From: an uncultured Erysipelotrichaceae bacterium | GTDB lineage: Bacteria; Bacillota_I; Bacilli_A; RF39; UBA660 | Assembly: GCA_902791625.1 (NCBI GenBank) | Contig: CADAWN010000002.1 | Coordinates: forward strand, 4,929 to 68,928 | Reading direction: 5' to 3' | DNA: 64,000 nt | Shown: positions 49,146-58,848 of the stretch, piece after piece | Position numbering within the stretch: position 1 is the first letter of the stretch | Layout: every line of letters starts with the position of its first letter | The notes under the pieces: generated by a model | Told to the model about the DNA's origin: nothing | The model's database searches: none | The model's input: the letters and a program-made list of their open reading frames with translations, nothing else | Position numbers and translations under genes: made by a program

Positions 49146-52028
49146 CTATTTTAAATCTAATACTGAAATTCCTACACAACTACTTACTGGATATACATCA
49201 TATACATTCTTTTGACTACGTCCTGGATCTACCATTTGTATATTATCATTTGTTAATCCAGTTACTGCAACCCAGTGTCTACCATTATCTAGATGTAATA
49301 ATACATAATATCCTTGATCTGTATATTTTTTTATTGTATTAATTTGTTCTTGTTTGTTATTACTTAATTCAACATAATTAACAGCTTTATTGAATCCAGG
49401 AACTATACTTTTTATGTTACTTTCTCCACTACCTGTTAAACTACCACCACTATCAAATGAATTAGATGATTTATTTAATTCAGTAACTAATGTTCCAGGA
49501 TTAAAGTTAGCAAGATTTGTTTTGATACCACTTCTAGCTACTTGAATAGCAATAGAAGTAACATAACATCCATGAGAACCTATTGTTCTTCCACTATTTC
49601 CAAGTGGTATATTTTTCCAAGGAGCATCACCATTTTGTCTCCAAGTGGACCAATCACCTGATTCAGCAGTTTGACAAGAATCTCCTGTTCCACCATTAGA
49701 AACTCTTATTATTTTACCTGGACGCCCTCCGCCCCAAGCATCACCTTTTACAAATGATGAAACATTATATACTTTACCACCTCTAGATGATGTCCAGTTA
49801 GATGTATCTCCACAATCATACCCCCATACAGAACCATCTGATCTTATTTCAGCAATAATATTCATATGTCCATTATTATTACCTGGATCTCTAACTAAAA
49901 TATCACCTGGTTGTAATTTACTAGTAACATCTTCTCCTGCAGCAACTGGTATTTCAGTCCAACCATATTTAGCATGTAAATCTGTAGTTACAAACCATTG
50001 TGTTACTTTTTGATATCCACCAAAATCTGAATATCCATATTGATATAATACCCAATCTACATAAGTACTACAATCAATATGTCTACCATCAACTGGTATT
50101 TTATTACCGTTTGTATATACATAATTACCATCAGTAACTTGTTTCCATAACTCATGTGCGATAGTTAAGAATGATGAATTTTTAGTAGTTGTTGTTGATG
50201 TCGAACATGAGGCATTTTTTATTTGCTTTATTTGCTTATAATGTGTCATAAGGATTTCAACATAATCCTTACCTTGTTTAGCCATATTATTCCAAGCATT
50301 TTGATCTTTTGATGTATATGCTAAATGTACTAATCTATTATTTTCATCAACAGCAACCATTCCCATAGTTTCTTTCCAATAAGTTCTTATTGGAGCTGTT
50401 TGTGATAGAGGTTGTATCTTAGCACCTGGATGATTAGTACCTAAATATGATACATAACATTCACTATAATTATTTGGATTTTGGAAATAAGGTCCATCAG
50501 CAGAACATCCTTTATCAGCACTACAGAACATCTGATCAGCAACGCATGATCTCATTTGTAATATATTAGTATTACCTTCTTTAACATATTTATTACCTAA
50601 ACTTGGTCCCATAGTTGCTGGTCTATTAAGTGCAAAAGTACGAGCAGCTATTAATTGAGCTTTAGTAGATTCTGAATAAGTACTATAATTTTCTACTCTC
50701 GCTACACCTAATACATAATCTTCAAAAGGAACTAATTCTTTTTCAGCTGCTACATTATCTTGTCCATGACAATATGAACTACTCATTAATCTTACTTGTA
50801 AATTATCAAAATTAAGTGAATTACCTCGATAATCTTTAATATCATAAGCACAAGAACCACTATTAGTAGTTGAACAAGTAGTAGTATTATCATTATGGGT
50901 ATCCTCAAGATAAGAATCTATATATTCAAAAACTTCTTCAGTCATGCCTTTATAATCATTACTCTCAACATGTTTTTTAAAGAAAGTATCTTTTAAGTAA
51001 TTATAATATGTTTCTTTACTATAAGTTGTTGAACCACCTAACATTGCATCTGCTAATTCATTAATTATATCTTGAGTCATATCTCTATACTTAAAATTCT
51101 TTTTATGATGAGATAAAATATTATAAGTTGCTGTTATATACATTGCATTAATGTCTTTTCCATTTGACTTATAATCATCTTTTGTTTTTAAGACTCTATC
51201 ATAGAATTCTTTTTGTTCAGGTGAAGTTGAATAATATTCAGTACTACCATTTTTTTCAACATTATTAGGATCAACTGCTGCGACATCAGTTCTACTTCCA
51301 GAGGAACTTGATAGAATTATAAATAAAAGTAAAAATATAAATCCAAGTGGTAAAAATGGAGCAATTGCTGCTTTTACTATTTTTTTAATAGCTTTTCCAG
51401 CTAAATTAAATGTATCTATTTCTTCATCATTACTTAAATTATCATTAGCTTTATCAAGCAATGACTTTTTCTTATTAAGAAATGGAAGGCCACCACCTTC
51501 ACCATTTCTTCGACCAAACATATTTCTTAACCTATTTTTATTAGCATTATCACTATTTCCATTAGGAATATTATCTGGTTTTTGAATTCCATTTCTAGCA
51601 TAATTAGGTTTTGGCTCCATACCATTATTATTAGGTATTTGACTAGAACCTGGAACATTATTTAATATTTTATTATTTTTTGTATCATTAGGTTTATTGT
51701 TGGGTAATTTTGAATTATTATTAGGAATATTTTTAGGAACATTAGTAGGTATTTTAGAATTATTTAAATTACCTTTATTATCATCTCCTAAATCTACTGA
51801 ATTTTGTAGTCCTTTTCCTATTTTATTTTCTGTTTCTTTATCTACTTTATTACCTGAAAAATTATTACTTTTCTTTTCATTATCTGAATCATTAACATAA
51901 TCAGCAAGAGTTTTTGCACTTGGTGCTGTCTTAGTACCTTTACTCTTAGATTCTTGTTCATTATTATCTAGTTTTTGTTCAGCAAATAAATCAACTTTTT
52001 TATTATCATCTTTCATTACATCACCCAC
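49146..52028 (-). CDS. Multi-domain cell-wall hydrolase (SpoIID-like + NlpC/P60 + C39/papain-like); VirB1/PrgK analog
   Basis: N-rich N-terminus and one TM segment. AQLIAARTFAL is SpoIID-like; DCSTYVDW...GDILV...GHMNIIAE is NlpC/P60; GSHGCYVTSIAIQ...GRHWVAVTG is a Cys/His papain-like domain. Confidence 0.7.
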   Translation of the reverse strand: MGDVMKDDNKKVDLFAEQKLDNNEQESKSKGTKTAPSAKTLADYVNDSDNEKKSNNFSGNKVDKETENKIGKGLQNSVDLGDDNKGNLNNSKIPTNVPKNIPNNNSKLPNNKPNDTKNNKILNNVPGSSQIPNNNGMEPKPNYARNGIQKPDNIPNGNSDNANKNRLRNMFGRRNGEGGGLPFLNKKKSLLDKANDNLSNDEEIDTFNLAGKAIKKIVKAAIAPFLPLGFIFLLLFIILSSSSGSRTDVAAVDPNNVEKNGSTEYYSTSPEQKEFYDRVLKTKDDYKSNGKDINAMYITATYNILSHHKKNFKYRDMTQDIINELADAMLGGSTTYSKETYYNYLKDTFFKKHVESNDYKGMTEEVFEYIDSYLEDTHNDNTTTCSTTNSGSCAYDIKDYRGNSLNFDNLQVRLMSSSYCHGQDNVAAEKELVPFEDYVLGVARVENYSTYSESTKAQLIAARTFALNRPATMGPSLGNKYVKEGNTNILQMRSCVADQMFCSADKGCSADGPYFQNPNNYSECYVSYLGTNHPGAKIQPLSQTAPIRTYWKETMGMVAVDENNRLVHLAYTSKDQNAWNNMAKQGKDYVEILMTHYKQIKQIKNASCSTSTTTTKNSSFLTIAHELWKQVTDGNYVYTNGNKIPVDGRHIDCSTYVDWVLYQYGYSDFGGYQKVTQWFVTTDLHAKYGWTEIPVAAGEDVTSKLQPGDILVRDPGNNNGHMNIIAEIRSDGSVWGYDCGDTSNWTSSRGGKVYNVSSFVKGDAWGGGRPGKIIRVSNGGTGDSCQTAESGDWSTWRQNGDAPWKNIPLGNSGRTIGSHGCYVTSIAIQVARSGIKTNLANFNPGTLVTELNKSSNSFDSGGSLTGSGESNIKSIVPGFNKAVNYVELSNNKQEQINTIKKYTDQGYYVLLHLDNGRHWVAVTGLTNDNIQMVDPGRSQKNVYDVYPVSSCVGISVLDLK

Positions 52029-52045
52029 CTAATATGAAAGAAGAA

Positions 52046-53836
52046 CTAGTATCCGCCTCCACTACCAAACGAATCTAATTCATCTCTTGTTACAGCAACA
52101 TTGATTTGCATACGTCTATTACCACATACAAATAATGCCTCTCCTTGTGAGAATTGTTTAATACCTTCCTTCTCACTTTCATTTAAATCAATTAATTTTC
52201 CTAAATCTTCAACTGCTTGTTTTTTAAGTCCCATAACTAAATAGTAAGCAGCATTATCGAAGATAGCTTTACCTTGTGTAATAACCTCAGGATCTGAGAA
52301 ATCACTAGGTTGTTGAGTTATTATAATTGCACCAGTATTATACTTACGTGCACGTCTTTGAATTTGAGCAAGGAAATCAGCTCCAAGAGCATTTTTATCT
52401 CCTAATAATACATGTGCTTCATCTACCATAAGTACTGTATTAATATTAGGATTTAAACATAATCCCCAAGCATATTTCAATATATTAAAGAACAATGCAT
52501 TTCTAACATTAGAATCACTATTCATTAATTCTCTAATATTAAATACCATAAAGTCACTCTTAGCTGTAATTGTTGTATGACCATCAAAATAGAATTTTAA
52601 TTCTTTTGTAATCGGTCTTAATTTTAATTCCAGTCTTTCAAGTATATCACGCTCTTGAGTTTGTTCAGTTAAAGCTGTTAGACGTCCTTTTACAGTTGCA
52701 TAAACATCTGTAAATGTAGGATAATCATTTGATGTATACTTAGAAAAATCAGTATTATAATCTATTCCAAAACGTCTATATGTATCTTGTACAACTTCAC
52801 TAAACATTGTGAGTACATCTTCTTGAATTGATGGATCATAATATTTCATAAATGCTTTTAAAGTTTGTAATGTACGTGTAAGAACTGTATAACCAAGTCC
52901 TTGTTTTATTTCTTCTTCATCAGCATCTACTACTACTTCAAGTGGATTAATTAAACCAAATTCTCCACCTTTACCTATTTCAATAGTATCTCCACCCATT
53001 GCTCTTGTAATATCAGCAAGTTCATTTTCAGGATCTATTGCAACTATTTGACATCCATTTCTAATATGAGTTCTAAGAAGTAATTTTGCTGCAGTTGATT
53101 TACCTGAACCAGATGTACCTAAAATAATCATATTAGCATTATTTCTATTAGTTTCTTTTCTTACTTGATATAAGAATTGATTGAATAAAACAACTCCACC
53201 TGAGAAATCTACACCAAGAAGTGTTGATAAACCAGGATCTTTAATACTATCAAAAATAAACGGATACATAGCAGCTATTGTTTGTGATGGCATTGGAGTT
53301 CCTATTCTCTCTTCAACATCCTGTTTAGGGAATATTGGAATTATAGATTTTAAAACTTTTTCTTGTTCAAATCTTAGAGGAATAGCTCTCATTTCCATAG
53401 CATCCAAATAGTTTCTAACATTTACTTTTGTAAGTTCAAGATTTTCTTTAGTATCAGCAGTAATCATAATGTGTAATTGAAAATCAAATATACGTGCTTG
53501 GCTAGCAGCAAGCATTGAAGTAAAGTATTGTAAGTTTTCAATTGATTGTCTTATTTTTTCTTTATAAGTTACATCTTTTTCATTTTTATACTTATCTTCT
53601 AATTCAACAATTTGTTTATTTAACATCTTAGACATTACTGAAAAAGGTACTGGTATATGTTTAGCAACTACCTTTATTCCAGGAATATTAGTAAGTGTAG
53701 ATAAATATCCAGGCATTATAGCACCAGGATAAGATATAACACTTAGTATTGTTGCATACTTATCACTTATAAAAAATTCACTTGATTTAAACTCCAAACT
53801 TTTTGGAGATAACTCACTTCTTATTCCTGTACTCAT
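52046..53836 (-). CDS. VirB4/PrgJ-like T4SS ATPase, ATPase body
   Basis: Walker A ILGTSGSGKST, Walker B LMVDEAHVLL, and IIITQQPSDF. Confidence 0.85.
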   Translation of the reverse strand: MSTGIRSELSPKSLEFKSSEFFISDKYATILSVISYPGAIMPGYLSTLTNIPGIKVVAKHIPVPFSVMSKMLNKQIVELEDKYKNEKDVTYKEKIRQSIENLQYFTSMLAASQARIFDFQLHIMITADTKENLELTKVNVRNYLDAMEMRAIPLRFEQEKVLKSIIPIFPKQDVEERIGTPMPSQTIAAMYPFIFDSIKDPGLSTLLGVDFSGGVVLFNQFLYQVRKETNRNNANMIILGTSGSGKSTAAKLLLRTHIRNGCQIVAIDPENELADITRAMGGDTIEIGKGGEFGLINPLEVVVDADEEEIKQGLGYTVLTRTLQTLKAFMKYYDPSIQEDVLTMFSEVVQDTYRRFGIDYNTDFSKYTSNDYPTFTDVYATVKGRLTALTEQTQERDILERLELKLRPITKELKFYFDGHTTITAKSDFMVFNIRELMNSDSNVRNALFFNILKYAWGLCLNPNINTVLMVDEAHVLLGDKNALGADFLAQIQRRARKYNTGAIIITQQPSDFSDPEVITQGKAIFDNAAYYLVMGLKKQAVEDLGKLIDLNESEKEGIKQFSQGEALFVCGNRRMQINVAVTRDELDSFGSGGGY

Positions 53837-54393
53837 ACTGGCATCACCACCCCAAATCCTGTATCTCTTCCACCATTTAAGAAGTTATTTAAAACTACTC
53901 TTAAATCTTCATTAGTTGTTGGACTAGCATTTAAACCACATGTAGCTAAACCATTTATCATCATTCTGATTTTCTTTTGTACTTCATCAGGATTTTTTTC
54001 TTTAAATAATAAATAATATTCTGTATCAACAACATTATTATTTATAAAGCTTTTACCCTTTTCTATATCTTGATCAATAAGTTTTCTAATAGCAGGTGAT
54101 TTAGCTTTATTGTATAGAAGTTGTAATTGTGACATGTAAACAGAAATATCAACTGGTCTATCAGCAACTACTAACCAGAATTCAAAATCAAGCATATTAT
54201 AAAAGTTTTTTAAACTTATTAATACATGATTCTGCATATCTGGATCTAAGATAAATATATTTCTAGGAATAACTTTAACTCCACTTACTATTGTTCTATT
54301 AGTTGTTAAAATCATTCCATTTTGTATATCTTTTATTGGTAACCAATCTTCCGTAAATGGACTTATCTTATTTTTTTTCATCTGAAACCACAC
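53833..54393 (-). CDS. VirB4 N-terminal domain encoded as a separate ORF
   Basis: FTEDWLPIKDIQNGMILTTNRTIVSGVKVIPRNIFILD resembles the N-terminus of Gram-positive VirB4 homologs. ATGA overlap with the ATPase ORF. Confidence 0.6.
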   Translation of the reverse strand: MWFQMKKNKISPFTEDWLPIKDIQNGMILTTNRTIVSGVKVIPRNIFILDPDMQNHVLISLKNFYNMLDFEFWLVVADRPVDISVYMSQLQLLYNKAKSPAIRKLIDQDIEKGKSFINNNVVDTEYYLLFKEKNPDEVQKKIRMMINGLATCGLNASPTTNEDLRVVLNNFLNGGRDTGFGVVMPV

Positions 54394-54682
54394 ACCAACC
54401 TTTCCATATATATTTTTGACGTGATGTCAAAAAGCTAAAAAATTCTGTTATTACTACCAACACATTATGATAATAAGGAATTGGTAGTACAAGTGCTACA
54501 CTTATTAATGCAGGAGCTAAAACAATAATTGTAGTTAATACTGAAGATAGCGGTATTAATAATAATAATATTAATGTAACAGCTATACCACTACCTAACA
54601 GCATCAAATCAATCGGTCTAAATAGCCCTAATATCAATTGTCCTTGCTTAGTATTAGCAGGGATTAAATATGTATTTTCCAC
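54368..54682 (-). CDS. VirB3/PrgI-like small membrane protein
   Basis: 104 aa. ANTKQGQLILGLFRPIDLMLLGSGIAV plus two TM segments, immediately upstream of VirB4. Confidence 0.6.
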   Translation of the reverse strand: MENTYLIPANTKQGQLILGLFRPIDLMLLGSGIAVTLILLLLIPLSSVLTTIIVLAPALISVALVLPIPYYHNVLVVITEFFSFLTSRQKYIWKGWCVVSDEKK

Positions 54683-54700
54683 TAAATATCACACCCTTTA

Positions 54701-56857
54701 TTAACTATTCTTATTATTTTGTTGTTCTGCTCTTTTAGTATTTGATTTTGCTTTAAAGTACTCATCACTATTCTTAATAGATTCTGACTTTTTACCTGAT
54801 TGGCCAGCACTAAACTTAAATGCTGCTCCCCAGTCAAGAATGTTGATACCATTTTTGTCTTTTCCTGTTGCATTGAAAGCATATAAGTTATCATTATCAT
54901 CATAAAATGGTGAGAACATTGCCTCATCTTTATATAATTTAGCAACATCATATATACGATGAGCTCCATCATAAGCAATTAAATCGCTTTCAGTATAATC
55001 TGTATTACGATCATTAACAAGTTTAACCAAATCTTCCCTCTTTAGAGTACGAAGATGAGTAAGTCTTTCACCTTGATATTTTTTCATAGCTGCATCAACT
55101 TGTCTGATTAAATTTTCATCACCAGAAGCATTTACACGATTTAAAATATCCTTCATTTCTTTTAATGTATATTTTCTATATGATCCATCAGCATTTTTTC
55201 TGTTCATAATAACATTACCATTTGAATCAACTATATCTTGAAAATTATCATCTAATGTAAATTTATATGCACCATTTCCATCAAATGCATTGGAGATTCG
55301 TTGCATTGCTGTATTCGCAGCTTCAAAGTGTTTAATTTGATCATCCATTCTTTGAACATCTGTTTTAAGTCCTAAGCCTTGTTGTAAAGCTGCTTTTCTT
55401 CTACCAAAGAATGTAGAATTATCTTCAGCACGTTCATAATTTTGAGCAGCATATCTACGATTAGCATCCCTAACTGCATGAACATCTCCGCCACGTAAAA
55501 GTTGTCCTCCAGCATTAACTGTTCCTCCAACTGCTCCTGAAAGTAATGCAGCTACTCTCTTACCTTTATTTTGTCCTTTAGAAGCACTAAATTTAGAAAC
55601 AGCTCCGCTAACAATTCCACCTGTTGCAGCTTTAGCAGCTCTAAGCTTGTTGAATCCATCAAGTAATCCTGTACCTTCACCTTCAATTCCTAAAGTTTTA
55701 GTAATAAACTTAGGAGCTTCTCTAGCAAAGAATATTAATCCTAAATAAATTAATATTTTTGATACAAATCCAACACTTCCTGAACTATTAGCTATTTGAA
55801 TTCCTCCATTTGAGAAACTACTTAGAACAAATAATATAAAACTAATAATTGCTATTCTAATAAATACAGATAAATATGTATCCATTAACATCTTAGTCCA
55901 ACTCTTAAATACTTTTTCACTACCTGGATCTATATAACTTACAATAGGTATTGGTGCAACTATTTCAAGTATTGCTAGTTTAAATACCCTGATTGCCATA
56001 TCCATAGCTAAACTTAATATTAATATACAAAATAATACTCCAACTATTGTTGACCATATTGATGAATATGCAAAAGCATAATAGTCATAAGTAAATCCTG
56101 CTTTTTTAGCCTCGTCACTAACATTTCCTGAACACCAAGCTTTTACAACTTTTGAATCTAATAATTGATCAACATTTGATGATGAATTAAAGTATATATC
56201 AAATGCATCTTCATCAGCTGCATATTTACAAACACATTTTGTATTATTACCTTTACATTTATCATTAAAGTTATCACCATCATGTGCAACATTTACTGTC
56301 AAGAAAACTCGAAGTACATCTGTTGCAAATTTTTCACCATATGCCTGTGAGGTTTTACTCATTTCCTCATTTTCAAATTGATCCCCCATAACCAGGTTCA
56401 TTATTACATTTCCTTTAAGTACTCTTTTTTGAAGTTCATACATACTACCAAATAAGATACCATGATTATTCATATTCTTATTCCATGAACCCATTCCGCT
56501 GTCACCTAAATCAGCTGCTGGAATATTTAAAGGAACAAGCATTAATAACATTACTAGAGTTACTACTATTCTTTTTAAAACTCCTCCAAAACCTTTTTTC
56601 TCATCAGAAAAACCTTCAGGATTTACGATACCAGTAAAGAAGGATATTACTAATTTAAAGAGGATTATAATTCCAAGTATTAATTGAACACGTCCAAATA
56701 ATGCTTTTATCATCTCAGGTTGCAATATAGTTGCATCTGCGATATTAAAGAATACATTGTAAAGTCCTGCTAAAATTTTATATATAACAGAATCTAAACC
56801 TGACATAATAAGTCTAAAAATATCTATATACCAATGTTGTTCAAGCATACTTGTCAT
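54701..56857 (-). CDS. VirB6/PrgH-like polytopic channel protein with large soluble C-terminal region
   Basis: 718 aa with at least 6 TM segments in the N-terminal ~400 aa. It sits upstream of the VirB3-like and VirB4 genes. Confidence 0.55.
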   Translation of the reverse strand: MTSMLEQHWYIDIFRLIMSGLDSVIYKILAGLYNVFFNIADATILQPEMIKALFGRVQLILGIIILFKLVISFFTGIVNPEGFSDEKKGFGGVLKRIVVTLVMLLMLVPLNIPAADLGDSGMGSWNKNMNNHGILFGSMYELQKRVLKGNVIMNLVMGDQFENEEMSKTSQAYGEKFATDVLRVFLTVNVAHDGDNFNDKCKGNNTKCVCKYAADEDAFDIYFNSSSNVDQLLDSKVVKAWCSGNVSDEAKKAGFTYDYYAFAYSSIWSTIVGVLFCILILSLAMDMAIRVFKLAILEIVAPIPIVSYIDPGSEKVFKSWTKMLMDTYLSVFIRIAIISFILFVLSSFSNGGIQIANSSGSVGFVSKILIYLGLIFFAREAPKFITKTLGIEGEGTGLLDGFNKLRAAKAATGGIVSGAVSKFSASKGQNKGKRVAALLSGAVGGTVNAGGQLLRGGDVHAVRDANRRYAAQNYERAEDNSTFFGRRKAALQQGLGLKTDVQRMDDQIKHFEAANTAMQRISNAFDGNGAYKFTLDDNFQDIVDSNGNVIMNRKNADGSYRKYTLKEMKDILNRVNASGDENLIRQVDAAMKKYQGERLTHLRTLKREDLVKLVNDRNTDYTESDLIAYDGAHRIYDVAKLYKDEAMFSPFYDDNDNLYAFNATGKDKNGINILDWGAAFKFSAGQSGKKSESIKNSDEYFKAKSNTKRAEQQNNKNS

Positions 56858-56890
56858 ATTATAATCACCTACCTTTTTTATTTATTTTTT

Positions 56891-57385
56891 TTATTTTATA
56901 CAAGTTGAATCAACTGATGAATCATTAATAAGTTTTAATATAAAACCTGTTAGTAAAGGTGCTAGATAAACTCCAGCTGCACAAGCTAATCTTATTCCTA
57001 GCTTTTTAAGTGCTTTCTTCATTTCATCATCATCACCTGATAAAGCATTTTTTGTAAAATCAAATCCACTTAATAATATTACTAATATTGGTGCAATTAT
57101 TTTTACATAATTTAATACCTTTTGAATCATGAATGCAAATGAATCTGGATTATTAGGATTACCTAAAATATATTTACAACTTTTTTTACTCCCACTGTTA
57201 TTACTTCCACTAGTAGTAGGAGTTGATGTTGTTATATCTTGTCCATTAGTACTTTTTTTTGCAGCATCACCAACATTAGTCGCAGTTGGTACATTATTTT
57301 CATTTACAGCTTTTACACTATAACTAGGTACTAAAAACATCATAGCTACAACTACTATAAATAATACTTTATATGCGTTTTTCAT
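56891..57385 (-). CDS. Secreted protein with C-terminal VirB2/TrbC-like two-helix domain
   Basis: Signal peptide, then a T/S/N-rich linker. AFMIQKVLNYVKIIAPILVILLSGFDFTKNALSGDDDEMKKALKKLGIRLACAAGVYLAPLL aligns with 57474-57785. Confidence 0.5.
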   Translation of the reverse strand: MKNAYKVLFIVVVAMMFLVPSYSVKAVNENNVPTATNVGDAAKKSTNGQDITTSTPTTSGSNNSGSKKSCKYILGNPNNPDSFAFMIQKVLNYVKIIAPILVILLSGFDFTKNALSGDDDEMKKALKKLGIRLACAAGVYLAPLLTGFILKLINDSSVDSTCIK

Positions 57386-57429
57386 TTTATCACCTCAGCA
57401 CATAAACAACCACTTTTAGTATATCAAAA

Positions 57430-57457
57430 ACAAAAAAAAATAGCAATAAAATTGCTA
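57430..57457 (-). terminator. Intrinsic terminator or attenuator after the VirB2-like gene
   Basis: Minus strand reads TAGCAAT-TTT-ATTGCTA followed by TTTTTTTTT. Confidence 0.55.
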
Positions 57458-57473
57458 CTTTTATATCATTTAA

Positions 57474-57785
57474 TTATTTTGCTGCATCCCAGCAAGCACG
57501 CCAATCAGATTTAATCATATCTTCATCACCTGATTTTGTAATAATAGACATTACTAATTGAACGATTGTAACCATAAAGAAGATAATTACGGCATATACA
57601 ATACGTTTAACTAATCTACCAGTTGAAGCTTTAATTTCTTTATCATCACTTGATATTACTGCTTTTCCTAAATCAATTGTTCCCATTAAAATTAAGATAA
57701 TTGGAATACCTATCCAAATAATTGGCATAATTCCTTTTCTAACAATTTTAAATATAGGTAGTAATCCTCCACATGCATCAGTCAT
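57474..57785 (-). CDS. VirB2/TrbC-like pilin-type protein (103 aa)
   Basis: The ATG at 57783-57785 lies 8 nt after AAGGAG. Two hydrophobic helices are separated by a GKAVISSDDKEIK loop. The track ORF's GTG start at 57803 overlaps the RBS. Confidence 0.55.
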   Translation of the reverse strand: MTDACGGLLPIFKIVRKGIMPIIWIGIPIILILMGTIDLGKAVISSDDKEIKASTGRLVKRIVYAVIIFFMVTIVQLVMSIITKSGDEDMIKSDWRACWDAAK

Positions 57786-57849
57786 ACTAAAAACTCCTTT
57801 CACTACAATTATAATATCTAATTTTTATATATTTGTCAATTAAATACTA

Positions 57850-58836
57850 TTAAAATCTAAATAAACCTAATATTTTTCCATCACTTTTTTTACTATTGGT
57901 ATTACCAACATTATTTAGTCCAACAACATCTATTAAACTAACAATTTTTTCATTTTTTCTTCTTTCATCAAGTGGTGGTACATTATATAAAACTTTTGTA
58001 TTAGCCTCGTTTTCAAAATCATTAACATCCTTATCATTCAATAAACTTTTATTAAGTACTATCTTCTTTCCATTTAGTTCATTAAATATATTTTTATTAG
58101 TTCTCATTAGCTTATTTAATCTTATTGAACTTGGTTCAATAAGGTACAAAACATCACCACATGTTGAATCATCATCACAGTCATTTAAGTCTATTAAAAT
58201 AACTGCAGCATTTGACAATTTGTTTACAGTAGATGACAGAACATCTTTTGTTGTTGATATTGTATTCTTTACATTAAAATACTGTAAATCATGTCTATTA
58301 ACTTCTATAGCATAAACATTTTCACCATATATTCTTTCAAGTTCCCTTTTAAGCATATATATAAGTGTTGTTGCTCCTGCATGGTCTGTAACATTTCTTA
58401 TTCCTATTACACGACATCCACTTACAACTTTTTGTTGAACAGCTTCTGTTAATTCTTTTACTTGTTCTACTTGAGCTACTTCTTCATGTGTATTAGTGTG
58501 ATTAATTAAGTATTTTACACCTTCTATATTATTAGTAAAATTATACATTCCACCTTTTACAATTTTAGCTAAATAAACTTGAGATGAAACATCTTGCACT
58601 TTAGGTAAGAATAATATAACTTTATTAGGGTCTAATCCTTCACCTATTTTAACAATATTATCAGGATTAACATAATCTTTAATTGCTGTAACATCAAGTA
58701 TCATCTTATTATAATAAAATGATTTAAATATTGATACTATTTCTGCAGCATCAAATTGTCCACTTATTGTTTTAATTACATCAATATCAAGATTAGATAA
58801 TTCATCTTTTCTCTCATTTTCTATTATTACATTCAT
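57850..58836 (-). CDS. TadZ/CpaE-like protein: receiver-like N-domain plus a ParA/MinD-fold domain with a degenerate P-loop
   Basis: VIGIRNVTDHAGATTLIYML stands in place of KGGxGKTT. AAVILIDL, DVLYLIEPSSIRLNKL, KIVLNKS and LYNVPPLD follow the MinD/TadZ layout. Confidence 0.4.
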   Translation of the reverse strand: MNVIIENERKDELSNLDIDVIKTISGQFDAAEIVSIFKSFYYNKMILDVTAIKDYVNPDNIVKIGEGLDPNKVILFLPKVQDVSSQVYLAKIVKGGMYNFTNNIEGVKYLINHTNTHEEVAQVEQVKELTEAVQQKVVSGCRVIGIRNVTDHAGATTLIYMLKRELERIYGENVYAIEVNRHDLQYFNVKNTISTTKDVLSSTVNKLSNAAVILIDLNDCDDDSTCGDVLYLIEPSSIRLNKLMRTNKNIFNELNGKKIVLNKSLLNDKDVNDFENEANTKVLYNVPPLDERRKNEKIVSLIDVVGLNNVGNTNSKKSDGKILGLFRF

Positions 58837-58848
58837 ATTATCACCCTA

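Noticed and set aside
54682-54978. 98-aa minus-strand ORF in an alternative frame inside the VirB6-like gene.
   Set aside because: It is fully embedded in the 718-aa ORF, Met-rich and odd in composition, and has no RBS.
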